A stretch of DNA of 32,000 nt from Candidatus Babelota bacterium (GCA_039809905.1 JBDHVY010000001.1:810001-842000); one strand, 5' to 3'; positions 19,880 through 29,283 are shown, numbered from the stretch's first letter. Translations and numbers: made by a program. The notes: a model not told the origin generated them from the letters alone.

Positions 19880-21157
19880 ATGACCAATCTTATATGCGAA
19901 ATTCTCATAATAGGTGCAGGATTAGCTGGGTTAGCTGCAGGATATGAGCTTTCATTACAGGGGTATGATATAAAAATAATAGAAGCAACAAATCGAATTG
20001 GAGGTAGAGTATCGACGTGTCATTTTTCTGATGGTATACATTTTGAAGAAGGGCCTTTTTCTTTTGGTAATGGTGAGCAACCTTTATGGAGATATATTCA
20101 ACAATTTAATCTACCCGTTATAGAGCACACACCGATGCAGAGGAAATTTTGTTTCAAGGATTATGTAGGTACTACTGATCAAAAAGCGTTCTTTCTCCAA
20201 GCAGAAGAAAAAGAAGTTATTTTATATGAACTTTTTGATCATTTTAGACCAAAACTACAAAAAATTACCGAAGATATGCCTTTTGATGAAGCATTAAAAT
20301 TGATAGGAGCTTCTGCTAACGCTATCGAATGGCTACAAACTATGACATTATTTGGTTTGCTTGGTAATGGATTTCAACAACTTTCCACAAAATTCGCTTT
20401 ATCTTTTATGAAACAATATGATAATTCTACTTCGTTTTATGCTTTGCAAGGAGGAAATGATCAATTACCACAAGCGTTTGCTAAACCTATGAAAAAGGAT
20501 ATTTTTTTTGATTGCCGTGTCAATAAAGTTGAGCAATTGCATGATACATGTCTTGTGACAGGATCAACATGTACCATTGAGACCAAAAGAGTAATATTTG
20601 CTATTCCATTATCTGAACTAAGTAAAATTGATATTAGTCCTGCTTTATCAATACAAAAACAACAAGCAATTGCAGAAGTTTTTTATACACCATGTGCGCG
20701 TCTTTCTATTGTTGGGTTACCTAATATATTGAGTAATATACCTCAAGCAGGAGTATTTTTATTTTCTGATCAGTTAGGTTGGGTTAGAGATCAATCAGCT
20801 TTTCAATATAATGTTGGAAAAAAAACGGTGATTAATGCGAGTGTTACGGCAGACAAGGCATATAGCTTGGCATCATGTAATCAACAATGGAAAAAAGATT
20901 TGAATGATCTTTTATATAGAACCTATGATCATTGGAGTGCAGATGGAGCACAATATTGTGTTAGTTTTCTCAAAGAAGGATATTCATCTTTTTCAGTTAA
21001 CGCATATCAACAACGAGAATATCTCAGCCAGCCTGAGGGCAATTTCTATTTTGCAGGTGAGCATACAGATGAAAGTTGTGCTTCAATGAATGCCGCAATA
21101 AAATCAGGAATTCGAGCAGCTCAAGAAGTGTTATCTTCTTTGCCGAAAGCACGATAG
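19880..21157 (+). CDS. FAD-dependent amine oxidase family protein
   Basis: 425 aa from MTNLICEILIIGAGLAGLAAGYELSLQGYDIKIIEATNRIGGRVST (Rossmann GxGxxG plus GGR); C-terminal GNFYFAGEHTDESCASMNAAIKSGIRAAQEV. Confidence 0.88.
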   Translation: MTNLICEILIIGAGLAGLAAGYELSLQGYDIKIIEATNRIGGRVSTCHFSDGIHFEEGPFSFGNGEQPLWRYIQQFNLPVIEHTPMQRKFCFKDYVGTTDQKAFFLQAEEKEVILYELFDHFRPKLQKITEDMPFDEALKLIGASANAIEWLQTMTLFGLLGNGFQQLSTKFALSFMKQYDNSTSFYALQGGNDQLPQAFAKPMKKDIFFDCRVNKVEQLHDTCLVTGSTCTIETKRVIFAIPLSELSKIDISPALSIQKQQAIAEVFYTPCARLSIVGLPNILSNIPQAGVFLFSDQLGWVRDQSAFQYNVGKKTVINASVTADKAYSLASCNQQWKKDLNDLLYRTYDHWSADGAQYCVSFLKEGYSSFSVNAYQQREYLSQPEGNFYFAGEHTDESCASMNAAIKSGIRAAQEVLSSLPKAR

Positions 21158-21910
21158 TGCTATCATTAAAAACATAGCTCCTGCTATAATTCCAACAGCT
21201 ACTACTTGGTGAAATGATAAAAATTTACTGACCATAAAACGTTCTGCACGCCAGAAATCGGTTATAAATCGTTCAACTGCAGCGAGTATCAAATATGCTG
21301 CAAAAAGCTGTCCTGTTTTTTTAAAAACATGTTGTCCTATAAAATACATAAAAAGAAAAATCATGAAAAGAATTGCAGAGCTATATAGTTGTGTGGGATG
21401 AATGGCAATGCCATAGGGAGCCAATGTAGCGGTATTGGTATACATAATACTGAAGATACTGTGTATTGGGATACCATAACAACATCCAGCAGTAAAGCAG
21501 CCTAACCGTGCAATTGCTTGAAGTAATGGTGCATAAATTGCAACAAGATCACAGGTAGGCAAAACAGGAATAGCGATTTTTTTAAGATATAACGGAACAA
21601 TTGTAGTAATGCCTATAATTGCGCCTAATGCTGAAAATCCTCCTTGCCACAGTGCAAAAAAATCATACCAATGGGTATAAATATGTGGTTCAGGTATAAC
21701 TTCTAATACTCGTGCTCCAAAACATCCTGCAAGAATACTCACTATAATGATATTTACATAAACAGGTTCAAGCTTTAGTTCTGCAAAACGTTTGTTTTTA
21801 CGTAAAGCCCATACTGTGATGATAATAGCAAGCATGATAAAAAGACCATAGGCTTGTATGCCAAATGGTCCATAAATATGAATAAGTTCTGGAGAAAAAT
21901 TAATTTCCAT
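21131..21910 (-). CDS. lgt: prolipoprotein diacylglyceryl transferase
   Basis: 259 aa. YGLFIMLAIII, GARVLEVI, LWQGGFSALGAIIG, LLQAIARLGCFTAGCCYGIP, IHPTQLYSS. Confidence 0.9.
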   Translation of the reverse strand: MEINFSPELIHIYGPFGIQAYGLFIMLAIIITVWALRKNKRFAELKLEPVYVNIIIVSILAGCFGARVLEVIPEPHIYTHWYDFFALWQGGFSALGAIIGITTIVPLYLKKIAIPVLPTCDLVAIYAPLLQAIARLGCFTAGCCYGIPIHSIFSIMYTNTATLAPYGIAIHPTQLYSSAILFMIFLFMYFIGQHVFKKTGQLFAAYLILAAVERFITDFWRAERFMVSKFLSFHQVVAVGIIAGAMFLMIALSCFRQRR

Positions 21911-21915
21911 GCGGT

Positions 21916-22959
21916 TTATTTTTTTGCGATGTTTTCATTCATTACTTTTTCAGGAACAGGCAATAAAAGAACAGTTTCATCTCCTAAAATGGCGATTGTT
22001 TTATCATCAGGAGAAAATGTTAGTCGTCTTGTGTATCCTGCTGGTTCTAGATTTGTTTTTCCAAGAGGTAAATTGCTTGTCTCAATAATAAGAGCGCCTT
22101 GTTCATTAATATTATAGTAAGCAAGAGAAGGACCTTGTCCATCAAGAGCCTGTAGATTAAGGATTGCCAAATGACCGTTAACGTGAAAGCTTATAGATAA
22201 TGGTATTATAAGACCTTTACTGCCAATATAATAAAAGGAATTATCTTGAACATTCCAAATAATAGGATTTTTGCTCATATCTGCTATGGCAATATGAGTT
22301 CCATCTCGGCTATACAGAGCTTCGTTAACATAGAGCGCCATTGCTTCAGATAGTGTCTGAGGTTTAATAGGATCGGTTAATACTGCCATTGATGGTTCTT
22401 GCTTACTACTAAGATAAGCGATTTTTACCGAAGCATTATCTTCTTTATGGCATGATAACAAAGCTGTTTGATTCCAGTTAGGCTTACAACAATCGAGAGA
22501 ATATTTTTGTTGTGTCTGCGTATCATAATCCAATAATAATATTTTTTGTTGTTCTACATCCAGAGCAATGATTGTGGTTTTTTTGCCGAAAACAGCAGAA
22601 ATATTTTTAGTTGGGATGTCATTATTTTCCCACATTATTGCACTATCTTCTGGATTATATACAAACAATTTACGTGCATTGCTAATGAGGCATAGTTTTT
22701 TGTTTTTATCGGTATCGATGGTGAATACAGGCTCGAAATCAATATTTTTTTCCGACTCCAGGCTGTCACAGGTGGGGTTTAGATTTAACTGCCAACAACC
22801 TCCTTTTCCTCCAACAAGAATGTTGTTTTTTGTTGGATATGAAATTGCAGAAATTATTCCTATCTGTTGAGGTAAAGGAATAGAAACCAACTGTTGTTCA
22901 GCAGCTGAACATGAGAGGAATAGAGTAGAAATTGATATGATAAGATATGTGTGCTTCAT
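21916..22959 (-). CDS. secreted beta-propeller-like protein
   Basis: 347 aa. Signal peptide MKHTYLIISISTLFLSCSAA; repeated segments such as ALYSRDGTHIAIADMSKNPIIWNVQD and RLTFSPDDKTIAILGDETVLLLP. Confidence 0.6.
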   Translation of the reverse strand: MKHTYLIISISTLFLSCSAAEQQLVSIPLPQQIGIISAISYPTKNNILVGGKGGCWQLNLNPTCDSLESEKNIDFEPVFTIDTDKNKKLCLISNARKLFVYNPEDSAIMWENNDIPTKNISAVFGKKTTIIALDVEQQKILLLDYDTQTQQKYSLDCCKPNWNQTALLSCHKEDNASVKIAYLSSKQEPSMAVLTDPIKPQTLSEAMALYVNEALYSRDGTHIAIADMSKNPIIWNVQDNSFYYIGSKGLIIPLSISFHVNGHLAILNLQALDGQGPSLAYYNINEQGALIIETSNLPLGKTNLEPAGYTRRLTFSPDDKTIAILGDETVLLLPVPEKVMNENIAKK

Positions 22960-22996
22960 AAAAATACTTTCATCCTTTTTTTATACAACTTTTATT

Positions 22997-23047
22997 CCCA
23001 ATGCTTCACTCTGTTTCACGCGGGGACCCCGAGTGAAACAGAGTGAA
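22997..23047. repeat. dispersed GGGGACCCC intergenic element, copy C, inside a long near-perfect palindrome
   Basis: 23005-23047: TTCACTCTGTTTCAC g CGGGG A CCCCG a GTGAAACAGAGTGAA. 15-bp perfect outer arms, one G/A mismatch, inner CGGGG/CCCCG. Confidence 0.75.
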
Positions 23048-23548
23048 TTATACAATTTCTTTAATTGCTTTACCATTATTAATAATCACTCTCCAATCAT
23101 CCTTCCAGTTGAAAGTGATGTGAACTTGAGTGATATTTTCATTGAGTTCATATGATATTTTTCTACCACCACTCTTCATACCATTCATGAATGAATAGGT
23201 ATATCCAATTTCAACTGTCTTTGAAGATGCAGGAAGTTCGCATGTCTCACCCGATTTAATTTCCGCTCCATTTATAGAAATGGCAAATTGTTCCGGACTA
23301 TACTTGCCGGTCCAGTGTTTATATTCAAGCATGCTGGGCTGAATTGAATTAGTTATTGTAATAGGTAATGCTTCTGGGGTGGCAATTGTTTCAGTAGTTT
23401 CTGAAATTTGATCGATCGTAGCTTCATTTTCGTTTTGATTCAGAACGGCAACAATTTCTTGAAGTGCTGCGCTTTCAGTTGGCGTTAAATCTAATGTTGG
23501 AACTTCTGGACACGTAGCAGCTGCAAGTAAAAATAAATAGGTCAACAT
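23048..23548 (-). CDS. hypothetical secreted protein
   Basis: 166 aa. Short hydrophobic N-terminus MLTYLFLLAAATCPE, then beta-rich C-terminal region. Flanked on both sides by GGGGACCCC elements. Confidence 0.55.
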   Translation of the reverse strand: MLTYLFLLAAATCPEVPTLDLTPTESAALQEIVAVLNQNENEATIDQISETTETIATPEALPITITNSIQPSMLEYKHWTGKYSPEQFAISINGAEIKSGETCELPASSKTVEIGYTYSFMNGMKSGGRKISYELNENITQVHITFNWKDDWRVIINNGKAIKEIV

Positions 23549-23575
23549 TACTCAAATCCTTTGTGCTCTTTTTAG

Positions 23576-23608
23576 CCCCATGCTCATTTCATTTCACACG
23601 GGGACCCC
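23576..23608. repeat. dispersed GGGGACCCC intergenic element, copy B
   Basis: CCCCATGCTCATTTCATTTCACACGGGGACCCC, aligning with copies A and C. Confidence 0.65.
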
Positions 23609-23633
23609 ATATTAAGAGCGTTTTTGTATTATC

Positions 23634-25448
23634 TTATTGGGTTACCTTAACGCTTTTTTCTTTAACTCTAAAAATCAATAGTGATAATGCTGCAGGAGTC
23701 ATTCCAGGAATTAATGCAGCATGTGCAATAGTAATGGGCTGATGCTTTGTTAGTTTTTGCTGCAGTTCTTTTGATAACCCTGGCATATCAAAATAATTGA
23801 ATTTTGCAGGAATTGCCAGCTCTTTAAAATGTGCTGTTTTTTTAATTTCTTGTTTTTCACGCGCAATATAAGGTTCGTAGCGTATTTCTGAATGCACGAT
23901 TTGCAGAGCGCGTTCTGATAATGGTGTGGTGATATATTCTAAAAGTTTATTTTTATCACATTCATCTTGCCCGAACATACGCAAAAGATCAGTGCTGCTT
24001 TTTTGAGCTCGTATTTCTGCTAATGCTTTTTCAACGCTTATTTTTTCTGCAATAAAATCATTATATAACTCTTGATCAATCATGCCGAGATTATAGGCTT
24101 TTTCTGTTAAGCGCATAAAAGTATTATCTTGGCGTAATAATAATCTGCGTTCAGCGCGCGAGGTAAACATGCGATATGGTTCATCAACGCTCATGCTGAT
24201 CAAATCATCAATCATAACACCGATATAGCTTTCAGCACGATCTAAAATAAATGGTTCTTTATTGCAAGCTTTTTGATGAGCATTAATACCGGCAACAATT
24301 CCTTGTCCTGCTGCTTCTTCATATCCTGTTGTTCCATTAATTTGTCCCGCTAAGAATAAGCCTGGAATAGTTATAACCTCAAGCGTTGCTTTAAGTTGAT
24401 TTGGATATACAAAATCATATTCAACTGCATAGCCAGCTTTGGTTATTATCGCATTCTCAAAGCCCGCAATTGTTCTAATATATTGTTCTTGCACATCAAG
24501 TGGCAGAGATGTAGAAATACCGTTTGGGTAAATTTCATCAGAATCAGCCCCTTCTGGTTCTACAAACACATGATGGGAGCTTTTTGCAGCAAATCGATGA
24601 ATTTTATCTTCAATAGATGGACAATATCGTGGCCCGATACCAGCAATGTTGCCATTATACATAGCAGAACGGTGTAAGTTGTTTTTAATTACTGCATGCG
24701 TGTTTTCATTGGTATGAGTTATATAACATGCATGGGAACTATCTACTTTTATAGGATGAAATTCAAATAAATAGTTTAATTGATCCGGTTCTTGATATTC
24801 CATTTTAGAGAAATCAAGACTTGATTTAAGCAAACGTGGAGGAGTTCCCGTTTTAAGTCGCCCAAGACGTAATCCAGCACGTTTTAAAAAGGAAGAAATG
24901 CCGGTCACTGCTTTTTCATCGCGTCGCCCTGCAGAAAAGTTTTTTTCACCAATGTGGCATAAGCCATTTAAAAATGTGCCAGTGGTTAAAATGGCAGTGG
25001 CAGTAGTAAATGTTTCAGAATCGGTTTTTACGGCGCAAACTGTACCGTTTTCATCAAGAATAATATCTTCAACGGTTCCTGCATGGATAGTTAAATTGGA
25101 AACCTTTTTTAATTCTTGCTGGCTTAACTTGCTATAGGCAAATTTATCGATTTGAAGACGTAATCCCTGAACAGCAGAGCCTTTTTTTGTATTGAGCATA
25201 CGAGCTTGCAAATAAGTTGTGCTGCATAAACGAGGCATAAGGCCGCCAAGAGCGCTTATTTCATAGACAATATGGCCTTTTCCTACGCCGCCTATGGCAG
25301 GATTGCACGGCATGGTGCCAATTTTATTGGGATCAAGGGAAATAAGAAGCGTTTTGGATCCAAGCTTTGCAGCAGCATGAGCTGCTTCTATGCCTGCGTG
25401 TCCGCCGCCAACCACTATAACATCAAAATCGTAATTTCTTGAATTCAT
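23634..25448 (-). CDS. mnmG: tRNA uridine-5-carboxymethylaminomethyl(34) synthesis enzyme MnmG
   Basis: 604 aa. DVIVVGGGHAGIEAAHAAAKLG, MPCNPAIGGVGKGHIVYEI, TGTFLNGLCHIGE, GRLKTGTPPRL, GIGPRYCPSIEDKI, GLFLAGQINGTTGYEEAAGQGIVAGINA. Confidence 0.98.
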   Translation of the reverse strand: MNSRNYDFDVIVVGGGHAGIEAAHAAAKLGSKTLLISLDPNKIGTMPCNPAIGGVGKGHIVYEISALGGLMPRLCSTTYLQARMLNTKKGSAVQGLRLQIDKFAYSKLSQQELKKVSNLTIHAGTVEDIILDENGTVCAVKTDSETFTTATAILTTGTFLNGLCHIGEKNFSAGRRDEKAVTGISSFLKRAGLRLGRLKTGTPPRLLKSSLDFSKMEYQEPDQLNYLFEFHPIKVDSSHACYITHTNENTHAVIKNNLHRSAMYNGNIAGIGPRYCPSIEDKIHRFAAKSSHHVFVEPEGADSDEIYPNGISTSLPLDVQEQYIRTIAGFENAIITKAGYAVEYDFVYPNQLKATLEVITIPGLFLAGQINGTTGYEEAAGQGIVAGINAHQKACNKEPFILDRAESYIGVMIDDLISMSVDEPYRMFTSRAERRLLLRQDNTFMRLTEKAYNLGMIDQELYNDFIAEKISVEKALAEIRAQKSSTDLLRMFGQDECDKNKLLEYITTPLSERALQIVHSEIRYEPYIAREKQEIKKTAHFKELAIPAKFNYFDMPGLSKELQQKLTKHQPITIAHAALIPGMTPAALSLLIFRVKEKSVKVTQ

Positions 25449-25545
25449 GCGTTTTCTGCCAAAAAAGTGTACATTTGAAAGTTTTTTCTTACACTATTTT
25501 AGTGTATCTTATTGGTTTTTTATCTGCAAGGGGCGGAAATACATC

Positions 25546-26976
25546 ATGAATATAGTGAAAGGGATTTTACTGTTGCTTTTTATTCCATCAATTGTTGCAG
25601 CCATGAATATGGTTCCCCTTCAAAGTAAATGGCATACGTTGTCCCCAGAGATGGTGTATGGATTTGCTCATAAGCTCGATTTTTACACGTGTGATAGCTT
25701 AAGGCTCAGTTGTAAAGATTATCGTCGGATAATTAATCATACATATTGGAAACAAAAAATTAAAGAAATGTACTCTATTGCTCAGTGCATTGATGTTGAT
25801 CTGTACATAAAAAATATGATTTTTTTTGCTACAAAATCTGGCAGGTCAGACGGGTTTTATAACGCATCATTGCCGCAAAATAGGCAGGAAACGGATGCAA
25901 TTCGTCGGTTAGCATACAATTTGGATGAAAAATTATGGAATGTAGGGTGTCAATTATACAATCCTTCTTACAGAGAGATATTATTTAAAGCTTATTCAGG
26001 TGATTTTTTTGGAGGGAAAAGAGGTCGGTCACCTTATGGTGAGCTTCAGATTATTCAACTTATTGTGCATCAAACAGGGAATATAAATTTTCAGAATGAA
26101 GAAGGTAACACGTTATTGCATTGTGCAGGAGGCCAGATGCAGTATAAATATTTATTGCAGCAGCCTGATATAGATGTAGACCGAAGAAATAACAAAGGAG
26201 AAACACCATTACACTGTGCTATTGCCAATCCTGTGTGGATACCTTATACAGGACCTTTGCATATTGGCGGTGCTGGTATTGATGAGTGGAAGTTAGCTCG
26301 AGCATTGCTGGAAGATGGAAGAGCTGATATTAAAGCAGTAACGAATAAAGGGAAAACAATATTTCATTATGCAGCACGATATGCTTCCAATCGTAAAAAA
26401 GGATTTGAATATTTAGAGACAGAAACAACAGGGTTTTATATTTTAGAACTTCTTATTGAAAGATTAAAAAAAGATGGTTTAGATAATTTATTGGCTGTTG
26501 ATAATAAAGGTAGAACAGCTCTTTATTTAGCAGTTAAGCATGGTCATCCAGACGCAGTTGAACGATTATTTCCCTTTTTTTCAGATGAGATAAAATTCTC
26601 AACGGATGGAAATGGACAAACATTGCTTCATCGGGCAGCTATGCATAAATATAGTAACTCAAAAGTGATAAAATATTTACTTGCACAATTTCCGGCAGAA
26701 ATGAAATATGTCAGAGATTCCGATGGTAAAACTTTTTTAGATTATGCATATGACCCATCACATGGACTAATGTATTTAATTAAAAATGATGATAAATATC
26801 CTGTCAGCAGCCAAGACATGGATAAATTTTTGACCTATTCTAAAAAAGGTTATTTAAATGATGTGAAAAAACCTTTAATTTTAGGTGTTTTGGGATACAA
26901 AAAATCTTTATTTTTGGGATTTTTAGCCATTATCGGTGCATATTTTTATATAAAAACACAACAGAAAAATTCCTAA
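25546..26976 (+). CDS. secreted F-box-like + ankyrin repeat protein (paralog 1)
   Basis: 476 aa from the internal ATG at 25546: MNIVKGILLLLFIPSIVAAMNM (signal), WHTLSPEMVYGFAHKLDFYTCDSLRLSCKDYRRIINHTYWKQKI (F-box-like), ankyrin units EGNTLLHCAG, KGETPLHCAIANP, KGRTALYLAVKHGHPDAVERL, NGQTLLHRAA; C-terminal hydrophobic segment. Confidence 0.75.
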   Translation: MNIVKGILLLLFIPSIVAAMNMVPLQSKWHTLSPEMVYGFAHKLDFYTCDSLRLSCKDYRRIINHTYWKQKIKEMYSIAQCIDVDLYIKNMIFFATKSGRSDGFYNASLPQNRQETDAIRRLAYNLDEKLWNVGCQLYNPSYREILFKAYSGDFFGGKRGRSPYGELQIIQLIVHQTGNINFQNEEGNTLLHCAGGQMQYKYLLQQPDIDVDRRNNKGETPLHCAIANPVWIPYTGPLHIGGAGIDEWKLARALLEDGRADIKAVTNKGKTIFHYAARYASNRKKGFEYLETETTGFYILELLIERLKKDGLDNLLAVDNKGRTALYLAVKHGHPDAVERLFPFFSDEIKFSTDGNGQTLLHRAAMHKYSNSKVIKYLLAQFPAEMKYVRDSDGKTFLDYAYDPSHGLMYLIKNDDKYPVSSQDMDKFLTYSKKGYLNDVKKPLILGVLGYKKSLFLGFLAIIGAYFYIKTQQKNS

Positions 26977-27229
26977 ATTAAAGCGATAAGCTTAATACAA
27001 GCTCTTTTGCGTGATCATTATATATTCCTAACTCATTATATCTTTATTAAACAATCGTGTTATAGCAATGGATTTTGAGGAGCAGTAAGTCTAAATACTG
27101 AATTAAAAATGATAAAAATAGAGTTATTTTGGTATTGTTTTTTCTGAAAAATGTGTACATTTGAAAGTTTTTCTTTAGACTGTTTTAGTCTATCTTGTTG
27201 AGGTCGTATCTGCAAGCGGAAAAAATATC

Positions 27230-28573
27230 GTGAATATGATAAAAAAAATATCATTGTTGCTTTTTATTCCATCAATTGTTGCAGCCATGGATATGGTTCC
27301 AGTTCAAAGTAAATGGCATTCATTGGCACCAGAGATGGTGTATGGATTTGCTGATAAGCTTGATTTTTACTCGTGTGATAGTCTAAGACAAAGTTGTAAA
27401 AATTATCATCGGATCATTGATCATAAATATTGGGATACTAAAACCAAACAAATGTACTCTATTGCTCCTTGGATGGATGTTGATCTTTACACAAAGAATT
27501 TGATTTTTTATTGCTCATCGCCCAGCGGCCCCCATATTGATCTTGTTTGGTCAACAAATGAAGAGAACAAACATGAAACTAGGGCAATTAGGTACTTGGC
27601 AGCTCTGTTTGATAAAGACTTATGGCATGTAGAAAGAGGATTATATCACCATAAACATCGAGAGACATTGTTTAAAGTTTATGCATCTGATTTTGAACGA
27701 AATAAAAGAGATTGGGAAACACCTTACACTTATTTTGGTGGGCTTCAGATTATTCGACTTATTTTGCATCAAACAGGGAATATAAATTTTCAAAATGAAG
27801 AAGGCAATACGTTATTGCATTGTGCAAAGAGGCCAGAACAATATAAGTATTTATTGCAACAGTCTGATATAGATCTAAATATCCCCAATAACAAAGGAGA
27901 AACTCCCTTACTCTATGCTATCAAATATCCTACTAAAACATCATATAAGGGCCCAGAAGATATGGGTGGTTATGATATCCATTGGTATTTAGCAGCAGCA
28001 TTACTTGCAGATGTAAGAGCTGATATTAAGATAAAAACAAATAAGGGAAAAACGTTGCTGCATTATGCAGCAAAATGTGGATCTTCTATTGTAAAAACAC
28101 TAATTGAGCGATTCACGCAAGATGATTTAATTGCAATGGATACTAAAGGAAGAACGGCACTTTATTTGGCGGTTAAGCATGGTAATGGTGATGCGGTTGA
28201 GTTTTTGTTTCCTCAATTTCCAGATCAGTTAAAATATGCAACCGATAAGGATGGTAGAACATTGCTACATGTAGCAAGTATTAAGAAATACAATAGTTCA
28301 ATGATAAAATATTTACTCACTCAATTTCCACAGTACAAGAAATATATCAGAGATAAAAACGGGAAAACTTTTGTGGATTATGCCTATGAAACAAATAATT
28401 TAAGGTGGTTAATTGAAAAAGAGAAAAAATATCTTGTTAGCGAGCAAGACATGAATATATTTTTATCCTATTCATTTGTAAATTATCTCGGAGCGCTTGT
28501 TTTAGAGTATAAAAGAGCTTTGCTTTTTGGATCATTGTGTAGTGTGGCAGCTTATTTTTGTATGAAAAAATAA
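27230..28573 (+). CDS. secreted F-box-like + ankyrin repeat protein (paralog 2)
   Basis: 447 aa, GTG start. LLLFIPSIVAAMDMVPVQSKWHSLAPEMVYGFADKLDFYSCDSLRQSCKNYHRIIDHKYW; ankyrin units EGNTLLHCAK, KGETPLLYAI, KGRTALYLAVKHGNGDAVEFL, DGRTLLHVAS. Confidence 0.78.
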   Translation: MNMIKKISLLLFIPSIVAAMDMVPVQSKWHSLAPEMVYGFADKLDFYSCDSLRQSCKNYHRIIDHKYWDTKTKQMYSIAPWMDVDLYTKNLIFYCSSPSGPHIDLVWSTNEENKHETRAIRYLAALFDKDLWHVERGLYHHKHRETLFKVYASDFERNKRDWETPYTYFGGLQIIRLILHQTGNINFQNEEGNTLLHCAKRPEQYKYLLQQSDIDLNIPNNKGETPLLYAIKYPTKTSYKGPEDMGGYDIHWYLAAALLADVRADIKIKTNKGKTLLHYAAKCGSSIVKTLIERFTQDDLIAMDTKGRTALYLAVKHGNGDAVEFLFPQFPDQLKYATDKDGRTLLHVASIKKYNSSMIKYLLTQFPQYKKYIRDKNGKTFVDYAYETNNLRWLIEKEKKYLVSEQDMNIFLSYSFVNYLGALVLEYKRALLFGSLCSVAAYFCMKK

Positions 28574-28647
28574 CAATATTTTTGGAAAAAAATTACTTAT
28601 CTATACACTTATAGCTATTATACAATTATTTATTACAAAGGGTTTTT

Positions 28648-29259
28648 ATGATGAAAAAAGTATTTGCTGCAGTGATATCTCTGTGCTGCGTGTATCAAGC
28701 TGATGCAATGCTATTGATTAGGGCTAGAATGCTTAATGGAACATCAAGATCTCGAATTGCTCAATCAATGGCATATTCAACACGCAGATCATCTATTTGG
28801 GTTGGTGCTGAAAACGTATCAGATGATAACATTGATTTATTTAATCATTTACATGCTAAGGCTTACGAAAAAGATAGAACAAGATTGGATGCATGGGTGG
28901 CAATAGGCAGAGTTGAAGATTCGATTAAAAAATCTGGTGAATTTTCTCAAGAAGAAATAGAGAAATTTGTTGATTTACATAATAAAGCTCAATCTATGAG
29001 TAAAGATATAAGAAATCTTAATAAACAAATAGATGGTTTATATGAGCCTGAAAAGAGGCTTTTAGAATTGGAGAAAGAGCAAGAAAGAATTAAGGGTCTT
29101 ATTGTTACAACATTGCAAAAAGATGCAGCTTCAAGATCTGAGGGACTTAGAAGATCTTTTGAGCTAGAAGCCCATAACCAATATCTGCATAGTCTTAAAG
29201 ATAAACTTGCGTATATCGTTAATGAAAGAAGAAGACTAGAAGGTTTGCTGAGCAAATAA
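28648..29259 (+). CDS. small secreted coiled-coil hypothetical protein
   Basis: 203 aa. Signal peptide MMKKVFAAVISLCCVYQADAM; long charged helical C-terminal region. Confidence 0.6.
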   Translation: MMKKVFAAVISLCCVYQADAMLLIRARMLNGTSRSRIAQSMAYSTRRSSIWVGAENVSDDNIDLFNHLHAKAYEKDRTRLDAWVAIGRVEDSIKKSGEFSQEEIEKFVDLHNKAQSMSKDIRNLNKQIDGLYEPEKRLLELEKEQERIKGLIVTTLQKDAASRSEGLRRSFELEAHNQYLHSLKDKLAYIVNERRRLEGLLSK

Positions 29260-29283
29260 GTTAAGAAAAGTTGAATATTATTG

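Noticed and set aside
25447-25545. N-terminal extension of the first ankyrin ORF (MRFLPKKCTFESFFLHYF...)
   Set aside because: It runs through the divergent upstream region of mnmG, and the signal peptide and homology with paralog 2 start at 25546.
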